Assembly: GCA_050177775.1 (NCBI GenBank) | Contig: JBFXGS010000002.1 | Location: 1-52,293, forward strand | DNA length: 52,293 nt | Source: Bacilli bacterium | GTDB taxonomy: Bacteria > Bacillota_I > Bacilli_A > ML615J-28 > CAG-698 | Reading direction: 5' to 3' | Made by a program: the position numbers and the translations under genes | Notes under the pieces: model-generated | Database searches by the model: none | Told to the model about the DNA's origin: nothing | Seen by the model: only the letters and a program-made list of their open reading frames with translations | Part shown: piece after piece, positions 27,533 to 36,508 of the stretch | How the letters are laid out: each line of letters starts with the position of its first letter | Numbering within the stretch: the first letter of the stretch is position 1

Positions 27533-28414
27533 TTATATTCCTTTCATTTCTCGTAAATTAATCAAATAGATGAAAACTTTTTGAATCGGAACTTCTGAAA
27601 TCTTAATTAAGTACTTTTGATATTTACGAACTTCATCTTTTGTAAGTTTTTTGCGGATACAAACAGTGAGATTGTTATCCCGCTCTTCGACACCGATGAT
27701 CTTCATTCCGGTAATTAAGGATTTTAAAACTTCGGTTTTTCCACTTAAATACTTAAAGCTACCTTTTATTTCATCGGTTGTAAAGTTTTCAAACAATCTG
27801 CCTTTATCAAAAAAAAGAACTTTATGAACAATCGATTCAATTTCGTCGATGTAATCGGTGGATAATATCAACGTTCTTGGGTATCTTGTGTGATGGGTAT
27901 AAACAAAATTGAAGAAATCATAACGATCCTTGGCATCAACATCATCTAAAGGATTCTCAAAAACCGTTATGTTTGCTCTGCTGGCTAGACCCAAAATCCC
28001 CAATAATAACTCTTTTTTGTTTGAAAACAATTTATAATAGTGAGTATTTGGCTTGATTTGGAAGAAATTCATCAGTTCATAAGCGTAACCATTGTCCCAT
28101 TTGGGATAAAAAGAAGCCATAAGTTTGCATATTTCACAAATTGATAAGTGACCGGGGAAACTCATCTTTTTTGATATAAAACATATTCGTTTAGCCATTA
28201 AAGGATTATTATAAAGAAGTTGTCCGTCCAGGAAAACTTGACCCTCATTCGGCTTTGTTTTTGTAGAAATCAGGTTTAGTAAGGTCTCTTTTCCGGAATC
28301 ACTTTTCCCAACAATAGCATAAATTTGGTTGTCAAGAAAATTATAAGTAAAATTAATGACCGAAGGATGTTTTCGATATAATTTTGTTACGTTTTCACAA
28401 ACTAATACTGACAT
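27533..28414 (-). CDS. ABC-2-type ATPase homolog with degenerate catalytic motifs
   Basis: ABC fold order is recognisable: 'LVCENVTKLY', Walker-A-like 'GKSDSGKET', signature-like 'FSNKKELLLG', Walker-B-like 'ITVFENPLDDVD', H-loop-like 'LILSTDYIDE'. The C-terminal domain ends 'VPIQKVFIYLIN', like the DrrA/CcmA-type extension. Confidence 0.7.
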   Translation of the reverse strand: MSVLVCENVTKLYRKHPSVINFTYNFLDNQIYAIVGKSDSGKETLLNLISTKTKPNEGQVFLDGQLLYNNPLMAKRICFISKKMSFPGHLSICEICKLMASFYPKWDNGYAYELMNFFQIKPNTHYYKLFSNKKELLLGILGLASRANITVFENPLDDVDAKDRYDFFNFVYTHHTRYPRTLILSTDYIDEIESIVHKVLFFDKGRLFENFTTDEIKGSFKYLSGKTEVLKSLITGMKIIGVEERDNNLTVCIRKKLTKDEVRKYQKYLIKISEVPIQKVFIYLINLREMKGI

Positions 28415-28448
28415 AATTTCCTTGTTTCCTTATTGTTTTGATAGGTAA

Positions 28449-28477
28449 AGTATACACTGAAAACAAGGATAAAGCAA
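28449..28477 (-). promoter_or_regulatory. promoter of the ATPase-like/membrane protein pair
   Basis: The minus strand reads TTGCTT, 17-nt spacer, TATACT, about 35 nt upstream of the ATG. Confidence 0.6.
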
Positions 28478-28552
28478 ATAAATACTTTTTAAAAGGCCAA
28501 ATAACCACCTCATTTATTTATAAAATTGACTTTTTTTTGTAAAATTAAAACA

Positions 28553-28583
28553 AAAAACCTTAATTTTTAAATTTAAGGTTTTT
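28553..28583 (-). terminator. rho-independent terminator of the yigZ-like gene
   Basis: The minus strand reads AAAAACCTTAAATTTAAAAATTAAGGTTTTTTGTTTT, a hairpin followed by a T-run. Confidence 0.75.
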
Positions 28584-28697
28584 CATAATTTTCTTGTTTG
28601 CTCGTGTTAGTCTCAGGGACTTTTATTTATACGCTTTGAAGCTCAAAATGTATTCTAGGGGAAATTTAAAGGGTTTTAAAGGACATTAATCACACCC

Positions 28698-29297
28698 TTA
28701 AAAATTTGTTTCTTTTTTTACAACGAAAATGGAATTTTTAGTTTGGTCTTTCAATTGACGGATTAATTCATCAACTTCATGATCGGGAACTAAAAGAGTA
28801 AGCGAGATGGTTGTATTAAAAGATTTGGATATTTCTTGGTAGTTTGATGTGAGTTTTTGTACAAAATGATGATAAGAATATTCATATTCTAAAAAGATTT
28901 CTTGATAGTCAAAAATCGGCAAAAAGGTGGCGTTTTCGAGTGCCAGCGCCACACTTGAACCATAGGCGCGAACTAAACCGCCCGCTCCCAGTTTGATTCC
29001 TCCGTAATATCTTATGACAACGGCAAGAATATTGGTCAAGCTGTGTTTATTTAGGATTCCGTAAATGACACTTCCGGCCGTATTACTTGGTTCACCGTCA
29101 TCGGAAAACTTTGAAAGAGGCTGATTTTTTCCGATAATATATGCAAAGCAATGATGAGTTGCTTGATAATGTGTTTTTTTAATCGCTATCAGGTTTTCTT
29201 TGGCTTGTTTCACGGATGTTACCGGAATTAATTGGCAAATAAAACGGCTTTTATTGATTGTTTGTTCAAATGTTTGGGCTAATGCGATTGTTTTCAT
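28698..29297 (-). CDS. yigZ: YigZ/IMPACT-family protein (UPF0029)
   Basis: 'SRFICQLIPVTS...A..........HYQATHHCFAYIIG' and 'FSDDGEPSNTAGSVIYGIL' are typical family motifs. Confidence 0.85.
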   Translation of the reverse strand: MKTIALAQTFEQTINKSRFICQLIPVTSVKQAKENLIAIKKTHYQATHHCFAYIIGKNQPLSKFSDDGEPSNTAGSVIYGILNKHSLTNILAVVIRYYGGIKLGAGGLVRAYGSSVALALENATFLPIFDYQEIFLEYEYSYHHFVQKLTSNYQEISKSFNTTISLTLLVPDHEVDELIRQLKDQTKNSIFVVKKETNF

Positions 29298-29449
29298 AAT
29301 ATCACCAAGGTCATTATAAACAAAAAGAGCGTTAAATAAAAGGCTTTTTTCGATGAGTTAAAAAAACCAATAAAAATATAGTAATTTTTGGGGATTTATT
29401 ATATAATGAATTAAAGTTAAATAAAAAAAGTAAAGGAGTTTTTGATACT

Positions 29450-31150
29450 GTGGTTAATATGGAACAATATTTAGACAGAGGAAAAGAAGTTTTAAAGATA
29501 TTAATTAACAATGGCTGTGAGGCTTATTTAATTGGTGATGTTGTATGTAATACCATCCTCCAAATTCCTTTTTTGGAAGTTGAAATGACCACAAATGCGA
29601 CCCCTGACATGGTAAAAGGGATTTTTTCGCTTGCGAAAGTCGAACCGGAAACCGAAGGTCGCGTCCGACTGTTTTACAATGGTTACGAATTTATTATTTC
29701 CACCTTCCGAGTTGCCGATAAGCATCGCGATAATCGTTCCCCTTTGCGTATCCATTACTCAAAAGATTTACATGATGAATTAGCTTGCCGCGATTTCACA
29801 ATCAATGCCATTGCCATGAGCCATGCTGGTAAACTAACCGATGCTTATAAAGGGTTTGAAGACATAAAGAAAAAAGTCATTAAGACAATTGGGAATCCCA
29901 AAGTACGATTTGGTGAAGAACCGCTCCTTATTTTAAAAGCGCTTCGTTTAGTCAGTGAACTTGGGTTTAAAATTCATGGAAAAACTTTATCGGGAATGAA
30001 AGCTAAAGCCAAACTGATTGCCAAATTACCGGTTGAAGCCCTCATGCCGGAATTAAAAAGGATTTTTGCAGGAAAATATTTTAAAAAAGCCCTCACTAAT
30101 TTAGTTGACTGTTCATTGCATCGTTATATTCCAACCATTGGGAAAGAATTAAAACGCCTAAATAATCACTTTAAAGTACTTCCGGTGGATATGTTTTTAG
30201 GGATTGCTTTTGTTCGCAATCATGCTTATTCACAAGAGTGGGATAGTTTCGCAACCGATGCCGAAGCTTTAAAAAAAGTTGTCGAATTAGCTTTAGCAAC
30301 CCCAAAGAGTAAGTATGATAACCTTATTTTGTACAAAAACGGTTTACAAACCAGCTTGGATGCCAACGTAATTAATGCTTATTTAAAGAAAGCCAAAAAC
30401 CTTCAAAAACGAATTAAAAAAGATTATTCATTATTACCGATTACCAAAAAGGATGAATTGAAATTTCAAGAAAAAGATATTTTAGAGTTAACTAATCAAC
30501 AGGCTGGTGATTATACTAAGCAGATTGAAGAAAACATCATCATCAAAGTTTTGAAAAACGAGCTGGTTAACGAATATGATACTTTAAAAATTTATGCCAT
30601 TAATCAACTTCGGGAAATGGGAATTCTTCCGTCACTGTCGATTGATAACCAAAAAACAGTTGTGGAAACAGAGCCGATAAAAGCTTACTTGCATGTTGAA
30701 CCGGTTATGACACCTTCCCAAAATCAAGAACCAGTTATTATCAAATCGCAAGAAACGCCTACTAGTTACCCAACGGAACCGGTTTTTTCTCAAGAGCAAC
30801 AACGGATTGCCAATGAATTAAAACAAGCCGAACCGATCATGCAAAGCTATACGGAACTGAAAATTGATCAAATTGAAAGAAAGTTATACGAGCAAGAAAA
30901 GCGGCTTCAAGAAAAAGATGCGAAAATCCGCGAACTTGAACGCCAAGCTTTACAAATGAAGTTAGAACAGGATGTCAACAATTTAGTAGGCCAAAATTTA
31001 GAAATGCTCAAAGATATGAATTATATCGATAAAAACAGTGAAAAAGTAATGATGTCGAAAGAACTAAAGGATATTTATAAAAACTTAATTACCAACGTTG
31101 ATCCTAAATATCGTCCCATAAAAGAGGATAAGCATGACAAAGAAAATTAA
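29450..31150 (+). CDS. CCA-adding enzyme/poly(A) polymerase-family paralog with degenerate active-site motifs and a ~230-aa C-terminal low-complexity/coiled-coil extension
   Basis: GTG start 11 nt after AAGGAG. The head domain aligns by eye with class-II nucleotidyltransferases ('CRDFTINAIA', 'IKTIGNPKVRFGEEPL'). GGxVRD..DxD reads 'GDVVCN..EVE' and EDxxR reads 'EEPLL'. The C-terminus contains 'IERKLYEQEKRLQEKDAKIRELERQALQMKLEQD'. Confidence 0.7.
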   Translation: MVNMEQYLDRGKEVLKILINNGCEAYLIGDVVCNTILQIPFLEVEMTTNATPDMVKGIFSLAKVEPETEGRVRLFYNGYEFIISTFRVADKHRDNRSPLRIHYSKDLHDELACRDFTINAIAMSHAGKLTDAYKGFEDIKKKVIKTIGNPKVRFGEEPLLILKALRLVSELGFKIHGKTLSGMKAKAKLIAKLPVEALMPELKRIFAGKYFKKALTNLVDCSLHRYIPTIGKELKRLNNHFKVLPVDMFLGIAFVRNHAYSQEWDSFATDAEALKKVVELALATPKSKYDNLILYKNGLQTSLDANVINAYLKKAKNLQKRIKKDYSLLPITKKDELKFQEKDILELTNQQAGDYTKQIEENIIIKVLKNELVNEYDTLKIYAINQLREMGILPSLSIDNQKTVVETEPIKAYLHVEPVMTPSQNQEPVIIKSQETPTSYPTEPVFSQEQQRIANELKQAEPIMQSYTELKIDQIERKLYEQEKRLQEKDAKIRELERQALQMKLEQDVNNLVGQNLEMLKDMNYIDKNSEKVMMSKELKDIYKNLITNVDPKYRPIKEDKHDKEN

Positions 31151-32072
31151 AGATTTTGGAGTTGGTGAAAAAGCCACGTTATTTTTACGCTTTTCCGATG
31201 TTCAAATTAAAAAGACGAGCACCAATGCCGACTATGCAACTATGTTAGGTTTTGATGGAACCGACTTAATCGAAGTTAAAATGTGGTCTTTCAGCGAAGA
31301 AAAAAAGCAAATTTTAAAAACCGGTGAGATTTACGAAGCCACCGGCACAATGAAAGATTATCAAGGCAAAATGCAGTTTAATGTTACCGATTTTCGTTTA
31401 GCCATGGAATCAGAAATTAATCGCTCCGACTTTTATGAGTATGCGAAACTTGATGAAGAAACTTTGAAAGCCGAAATTGTCAATTACGTCAATCGCATTG
31501 ATAATGAAACGATAAAAACAATTGTTTATAAATTGTTGAAAAAATATTTTTTAGATTACTTTTTATTTCCCGCGGCGATGAATGTTCATCACAATTATTA
31601 TTCTGGTTTAGCCTACCATGTTTTTTCAATGTTAAAAGTCAGCGATGCTTATTTGAATCTCTATCCTTTTTTAAATCGCAGCTTGGTTTATGGTGGCATT
31701 ATTCTTCATGATTTAGGGAAATTGGTCGAACTAAGCGGCCCTAAGGGCACAACTTACACCAAAGCAGGCAATTTACTTGGTCATATTACCATTGGCGCCA
31801 ATCTTCTTCATGAAGTAGCCAGCAGTTTAAATGTTCTTGAAACAGATGAATATTTAAGTTTAGCGCACATGGTAATTTCTCATCACGGATATTTAGAATA
31901 TGGATCGCCAAAAGAACCGATTATCCCGGAAGCAGCGCTTTTGTTTATGCTTGATTTTGCGGATTCACGTTTAGGAGCACTTGATAAAGAAGCGACCAAT
32001 ACGGCTAAAGGGGAATACACCAATCCGATTATCGCCTTTGATCGCAAGACGTTTTACATTCCTAAACTATAA
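31134..32072 (+). CDS. yhaM: 3'-5' exoribonuclease YhaM (OB-fold + HD domain)
   Basis: N-terminal OB segment 'ATLFLRFSDVQIKKTSTNADYATML'. HD domain motifs 'HHNYYSGLAYHV', 'IILHDLGK' and 'ISHHG'. Overlaps the upstream gene by 17 nt. Confidence 0.9.
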   Translation: MTKKIKDFGVGEKATLFLRFSDVQIKKTSTNADYATMLGFDGTDLIEVKMWSFSEEKKQILKTGEIYEATGTMKDYQGKMQFNVTDFRLAMESEINRSDFYEYAKLDEETLKAEIVNYVNRIDNETIKTIVYKLLKKYFLDYFLFPAAMNVHHNYYSGLAYHVFSMLKVSDAYLNLYPFLNRSLVYGGIILHDLGKLVELSGPKGTTYTKAGNLLGHITIGANLLHEVASSLNVLETDEYLSLAHMVISHHGYLEYGSPKEPIIPEAALLFMLDFADSRLGALDKEATNTAKGEYTNPIIAFDRKTFYIPKL

Positions 32073-32075
32073 CTT

Positions 32076-32099
32076 ACCCTCCTTAAAGAGGGTTTTTTA
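32076..32099 (+). terminator. rho-independent terminator after yhaM
   Basis: ACCCTC-CTTAAA-GAGGGT followed by TTTTTTAT. Confidence 0.8.
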
Positions 32100-32129
32100 T
32101 TTGAAATCCAACAAATACATGTTAAAAAC

Positions 32130-32158
32130 TAGACTTTACTTTGTTTATATGATATAAT
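32130..32158 (+). promoter_or_regulatory. promoter of the CNNM/CorC-family gene
   Basis: TAGACT, 17-nt spacer, then the extended -10 TGATATAAT. Confidence 0.6.
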
Positions 32159-32197
32159 AATGACCAAATAAAACGAAAAATTGTGAGGTGTTGTTTT

Positions 32198-33562
32198 TTG
32201 GAACCGCTCGAGCCCCTGCTCTTGAATTTGAATCTTAGTTATTTTTCTGATCATTTAGCTTTAAATATCGGATTGCTGATTTTATTAATTTTTTTATTGA
32301 TGGCTTCAGCGTTTTTTTCGTCGACAGAAACAGCTTATTCAAGTGTGAATATTATTCGTTTGCGCAACTATATGGAAGAAAAAAAGAAAGGCGCAAAAAA
32401 AGCTGTTTACATTGCGGAGAAATTTGATATTACTTTAACAACGATATTAATTGGGAACAATTTTGTGAACATTTCAGCAACAACGATTGGAGCTTTTATT
32501 TTAGGAAAAACGATTGTTAACCCAACCGTTGCCAATATTATCAACACGATCGCGATGACGATTATTGTGTTAATATTCGGTGAAATTCTTCCCAAATCCT
32601 ATGGCAAAGCCAACCCCGAAAAAGTCGCATTACATGCGGCCAGTACGATGTATTTTGTCATAAAGTTGTTGTGGCCGATTTCATATTTGTTTTCCAAACT
32701 AAATGACAAAATCAAGGCAAAACGTGGCGATAAAACGAACCCTTATGTAACTGAAGAAGAATTAGAGTCCATCATTGATGTTATGGAAACTGAAGGCGTC
32801 ATCAATGAAGAAGATGCCGAATTAATTCAAAGCGCGATTGGCTTAAATGAACGAACGGTTTTCGATATCATGACCCCGCGCGTGGATGTTATCGCCATCG
32901 ATATCAATGATTCCTTAGAATCCATTAAACAATTATTTTTTGAACATCAATTTTCAAGAATGCCTGTTTACCACGATGATAAAGATCATATCTTAGGCGT
33001 TTTAAGTGAACGTGATTTCTTTACCGCTCTTCTTAAAAAAGAACCTATTGACTTATCAAAGATGATCTCGGAACCATACTTTGTTTCGAAAAAAACCAAA
33101 GTTAATGATTTAATCAAAGATATGCAAAAACTTAAGAAACATTTCGCGATTGTGGCTGATGAATACGGTGGAACAAGCGGCATTGTGACCATGGAAGATG
33201 CCTTAGAAGAATTAGTCGGTGAAATCTACGATGAATTTGATGATGAAGCCGATTTAATTATCTCGCCAATAAATGATAATCATTATCTGTTATCAGCAAA
33301 TATGGAATTAGAAGATTTATTTGAGTCATTAAAACTAGGCCCGATGCCAAACTCTAATTATGGGACTGTTGGTGGCTTTGTTTATGAATTGTGTGAAGAT
33401 TTACCGATTGAGGGCAAATCGTTTCACTATCTTTCAACCTATGAAGAAATTGATTTGGAAAACCCGGTGGAAATAAAGTATGATTTGGAATTCATCGTTA
33501 AGAAAGTCGAGAATCGACGCATTCGAAGTGTTGAATTAAAAATAACCAAAATTTCGGAATAA
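32198..33562 (+). CDS. CNNM/HlyC-CorC-family transporter (DUF21 + tandem CBS + CorC_HlyC domains)
   Basis: 'FFSSTETAYSS', 'GEILPKSY', CBS region 'IMTPRVDVIAIDIN' and 'AIVADEYGGTSGIVTMEDALEELVGEI'. I prefer the TTG at 32198, 7 nt after GAGGTG. The ORF-track GTG at 32183 is the alternative. Confidence 0.9.
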   Translation: MEPLEPLLLNLNLSYFSDHLALNIGLLILLIFLLMASAFFSSTETAYSSVNIIRLRNYMEEKKKGAKKAVYIAEKFDITLTTILIGNNFVNISATTIGAFILGKTIVNPTVANIINTIAMTIIVLIFGEILPKSYGKANPEKVALHAASTMYFVIKLLWPISYLFSKLNDKIKAKRGDKTNPYVTEEELESIIDVMETEGVINEEDAELIQSAIGLNERTVFDIMTPRVDVIAIDINDSLESIKQLFFEHQFSRMPVYHDDKDHILGVLSERDFFTALLKKEPIDLSKMISEPYFVSKKTKVNDLIKDMQKLKKHFAIVADEYGGTSGIVTMEDALEELVGEIYDEFDDEADLIISPINDNHYLLSANMELEDLFESLKLGPMPNSNYGTVGGFVYELCEDLPIEGKSFHYLSTYEEIDLENPVEIKYDLEFIVKKVENRRIRSVELKITKISE

Positions 33563-33585
33563 CCACTTCGTGTGGTTATTTTTTA
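33558..33585 (+). terminator. rho-independent terminator after the CNNM-family gene
   Basis: AATAACCAC-TTCGT-GTGGTTATT followed by TTTTT. It overlaps the stop codon. Confidence 0.85.
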
Positions 33586-33632
33586 AACAAAACCTTGCCG
33601 CAAATGGCGGTTTTGAAAAGAGTAAAAAAACA

Positions 33633-33661
33633 TTTACAATCAGACTAAAAAGTAGTAAAAT
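33633..33661 (+). promoter_or_regulatory. promoter of the first PrsA/SurA-like gene
   Basis: TTTACA, 17-nt spacer, TAAAAT. Confidence 0.6.
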
Positions 33662-33726
33662 ATGTATGTTGTATTAAAAAAGAGTATATAAGTACTTTTG
33701 TAATAATTATTAAGGAGTGAAAAATA

Positions 33727-36405
33727 ATGAATAGTAAGTCAGTAATCAAACGAACACTGCCACTTGTCATAGTATTGTTGGTGATTATTGGAATTGCCAT
33801 TTCTTGCACGGTTTTTAACCGTGAAGAAGTAGTTCCGGCCATCACTGATGCCAATGGTGAGTACTTAACCATAACTGAAGGAGATCGTACTTATTCGATT
33901 TCAAAACAAAAAATGTACGAACAATTAAAGAAAACTTTTGGCCAAACAACTTTACTAGATGAAATTGACAAAAACCTCTTAAGGGCTCTTCCGAAAGACA
34001 GCACCAATTATTGGGATGCTATTACTGATGCTGAAATTGATCAAGCGATTGAGGATGCCATTTTTCCTGATGGTAAAGATGATTTAACAGTCGATGAAAT
34101 CCAAGAAAAAACCGATGATTATTATGATAACTTGTTTGCAACCAAAGGGTTACGCACGGATGTATTGGTTCGTGATTATCACCGCTTGACATTAGCGAAG
34201 AAACTATATGCTCGTGATCAATTAGAAGAAGCGATTGCGAAAGCCGATGCCGATGCAGCAGCCGATACGACCCTTGATCCATACTTTACGGATGATGAGA
34301 TTACCACTTATTATGATGCCAATTATAAAAATGGTTATTGGACAATCATTGTTCCGTTCGATACTCAAGTGGAAGCAACGAATTTACTTGACCAATTAGG
34401 ATATTCAATCCACGAAAAAGATGCCAACAGTACAACGGACTTTTCACGATGGGTAAAAGATGTTGCGGGTGTTGAAACGACTTTAACTCCCTATGAAGTT
34501 GTGAAAGCCTTCATAGATATGTATAATACGGTTTATTCTCATCAAGTGGAAGGTTATCCAAACAGTACATTATCCCTTATCAAGGATACTCAATATACGG
34601 AAACTGTTGTGGGAACAGATACGAAGATTAGCTTTAACACCGAGATTTCGGATGTTGATGAAGCAAAAAACATGTTGTATTATACCTATGATGAAATGAT
34701 TGATTATCAAAGCGAAATTGAAAACTACATTAAACGCACCATGAAAACTTCTTATGAATCAAGTACCGATACCGTTTTGACGTCAAGTTCAACTTGGTAC
34801 ACCCCAACCATTCGCAGTTATAATTCCGGAACATTATATTGCTTCATTTTAAAAATAGTTGAAGAGGTTGCTCCTGATCAAGAAGATGTCATTGATGAAA
34901 TAAAAGATGCTTTATTTGAAAAAGAATTAACGGATACTTATATTTCTACGGAAATGGTAAAATTGCGTGCTGAAAATGATATCTTGTTTTATGACCCGGA
35001 TTTAGAAGCTGCTTATGTTAAGACCGCTTCATCATTTAAACAAACCCATCCGACCAGCAAGGAAGAAAGCAAAACATTAGTTGCGAAAATCGGCACAACC
35101 GAATATTCAGCCGATGACTTATTTGATTTAATTGATAAATACTATGGCATTACCTTGGCTTATGCAGAAATCAATTATGAAAGAATGTTAAGCAACCTTG
35201 ATTTTAATAAAATTTATGATTATTATTTACAAGATTCTTCGGATAAAGAAAGAATTCTTGATGCAGATAAATGGGAAAGCATTATTATTGAAGCGAACAA
35301 TTTAAAAAACAACTTTGTTGCCAATGCTTATGCTTCTTACGGTTTCAGTTCCACTTATGGATGGTCTAATTTTATCCGGGATGTTTATGGAGCCAGCGAT
35401 GACAAAGAATTACTTTATTCTTTACTTTATCAAAAAGTAAAAGCCGATTATTCAGCAAAACTTGGCGATGTTACGGAAATAGTTGACACTGATGCTTTAT
35501 GGACAACTTATAATACAAAAATGCAAAACATTATTAATGAGTTTTATAGCGTTTCAGGAATCCAATTGTTAATCAGCGTTACCGACGAAGAAGGAAACCG
35601 TGTTGATCCGGTTGATTGGACCGTTTATCAAAACACTTTAGCAAAACAACTATATGAACAAATTTGGACTTATATGCGTGAGATTCCCGGTGAATCAGCT
35701 GCAAAATTCCAAGAAATAGCGACCGCCTTTAAAGAAGCGCCACGTTTCTTAGCGACAACTCCTCAAGATTTGGGTTCCCAACCAGCTGGATTTGGTTATG
35801 TTTATCGTGGGATCATTGAAGTTGCGAAATTTAAAACCGCGGGTTTGGATGTGGAATACAGTGATTTAGGGACTTATACCAATACCGATGAAGCGGATTT
35901 AGCGCCGGTGGATGCCGCCAAAATCATTTGGAATTCGGTTTCTGATAAACCATCAACCGAACACATTCCATATTTGAATGAAGCTGATAACCTTGGTGTT
36001 TGGACTTATTTGGTAACTGAACACGGATATCATGCCTATATTAATACAGCTGTAAATGCCATTGCCACTTGGGATGCTGAAAATGATACGGTTTTACCGA
36101 CATTGCAAATGGTTAAAACATATTTAGAAGATAATGCAAGCGAATATTTACTTGATGAGAACGGCGATGAAACGGATGTTGCCTTTACCACAGCGATGAA
36201 GACCGCCGTAACAACTTTCTTCACACCAATTCAAAGTGAAATTACTGGTTCTTATTATCCGAATATTAAATTATTTACCGAAATGAAAACCTTGAATATT
36301 ACCTTTAAAATGGGGAATTACACAAGTGCTGAATTTAATCAATATCTGGACTTACAAATTGCTTCAAGTTACGATAATTTAAATTATTTCGCTTTCGGCG
36401 AATAA
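33727..36405 (+). CDS. large membrane-anchored secreted protein, internally duplicated PrsA/SurA-like (degenerate parvulin-type) foldase homolog, paralog 1
   Basis: N-terminal anchor 'LPLVIVLLVIIGIAISC'. It contains SurA_N-like and parvulin-like units ('VSGIQLLISV...', 'VTEHGYHAYINT'). It is collinear with the 37313-39748 product (shared 'DSTNYWDAIT', 'DYH.LTLAKKLY', 'YGWS/TxF'). Confidence 0.6.
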   Translation: MNSKSVIKRTLPLVIVLLVIIGIAISCTVFNREEVVPAITDANGEYLTITEGDRTYSISKQKMYEQLKKTFGQTTLLDEIDKNLLRALPKDSTNYWDAITDAEIDQAIEDAIFPDGKDDLTVDEIQEKTDDYYDNLFATKGLRTDVLVRDYHRLTLAKKLYARDQLEEAIAKADADAAADTTLDPYFTDDEITTYYDANYKNGYWTIIVPFDTQVEATNLLDQLGYSIHEKDANSTTDFSRWVKDVAGVETTLTPYEVVKAFIDMYNTVYSHQVEGYPNSTLSLIKDTQYTETVVGTDTKISFNTEISDVDEAKNMLYYTYDEMIDYQSEIENYIKRTMKTSYESSTDTVLTSSSTWYTPTIRSYNSGTLYCFILKIVEEVAPDQEDVIDEIKDALFEKELTDTYISTEMVKLRAENDILFYDPDLEAAYVKTASSFKQTHPTSKEESKTLVAKIGTTEYSADDLFDLIDKYYGITLAYAEINYERMLSNLDFNKIYDYYLQDSSDKERILDADKWESIIIEANNLKNNFVANAYASYGFSSTYGWSNFIRDVYGASDDKELLYSLLYQKVKADYSAKLGDVTEIVDTDALWTTYNTKMQNIINEFYSVSGIQLLISVTDEEGNRVDPVDWTVYQNTLAKQLYEQIWTYMREIPGESAAKFQEIATAFKEAPRFLATTPQDLGSQPAGFGYVYRGIIEVAKFKTAGLDVEYSDLGTYTNTDEADLAPVDAAKIIWNSVSDKPSTEHIPYLNEADNLGVWTYLVTEHGYHAYINTAVNAIATWDAENDTVLPTLQMVKTYLEDNASEYLLDENGDETDVAFTTAMKTAVTTFFTPIQSEITGSYYPNIKLFTEMKTLNITFKMGNYTSAEFNQYLDLQIASSYDNLNYFAFGE

Positions 36406-36412
36406 CAGCAAA

Positions 36413-36442
36413 GAAGACCTTGGGGAAACCCGGGGTCTTTTT
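36413..36442 (+). terminator. rho-independent terminator after paralog 1
   Basis: GAAGACCTTGGG-GAAA-CCCGGGGTCTT (with G-U pairs) followed by TTTT. Confidence 0.65.
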
Positions 36443-36451
36443 AAATAAATC

Positions 36452-36480
36452 TTGAAAAAAGCATTAAATATGTGTATAAT
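36452..36480 (+). promoter_or_regulatory. promoter of the MBL-hydrolase / paralog 2 unit
   Basis: TTGAAA, 17-nt spacer, TATAAT. Confidence 0.7.
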
Positions 36481-36508
36481 AGTTAAGAGTAAAAAATGAG
36501 GAATAAAT

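Noticed and set aside
33586-33632. A second small hairpin (CCGC-AAATG-GCGG followed by TTTT) downstream of the CNNM-gene terminator.
   Set aside because: The stem is only 4 bp. The strong terminator at 33558-33585 already accounts for termination.
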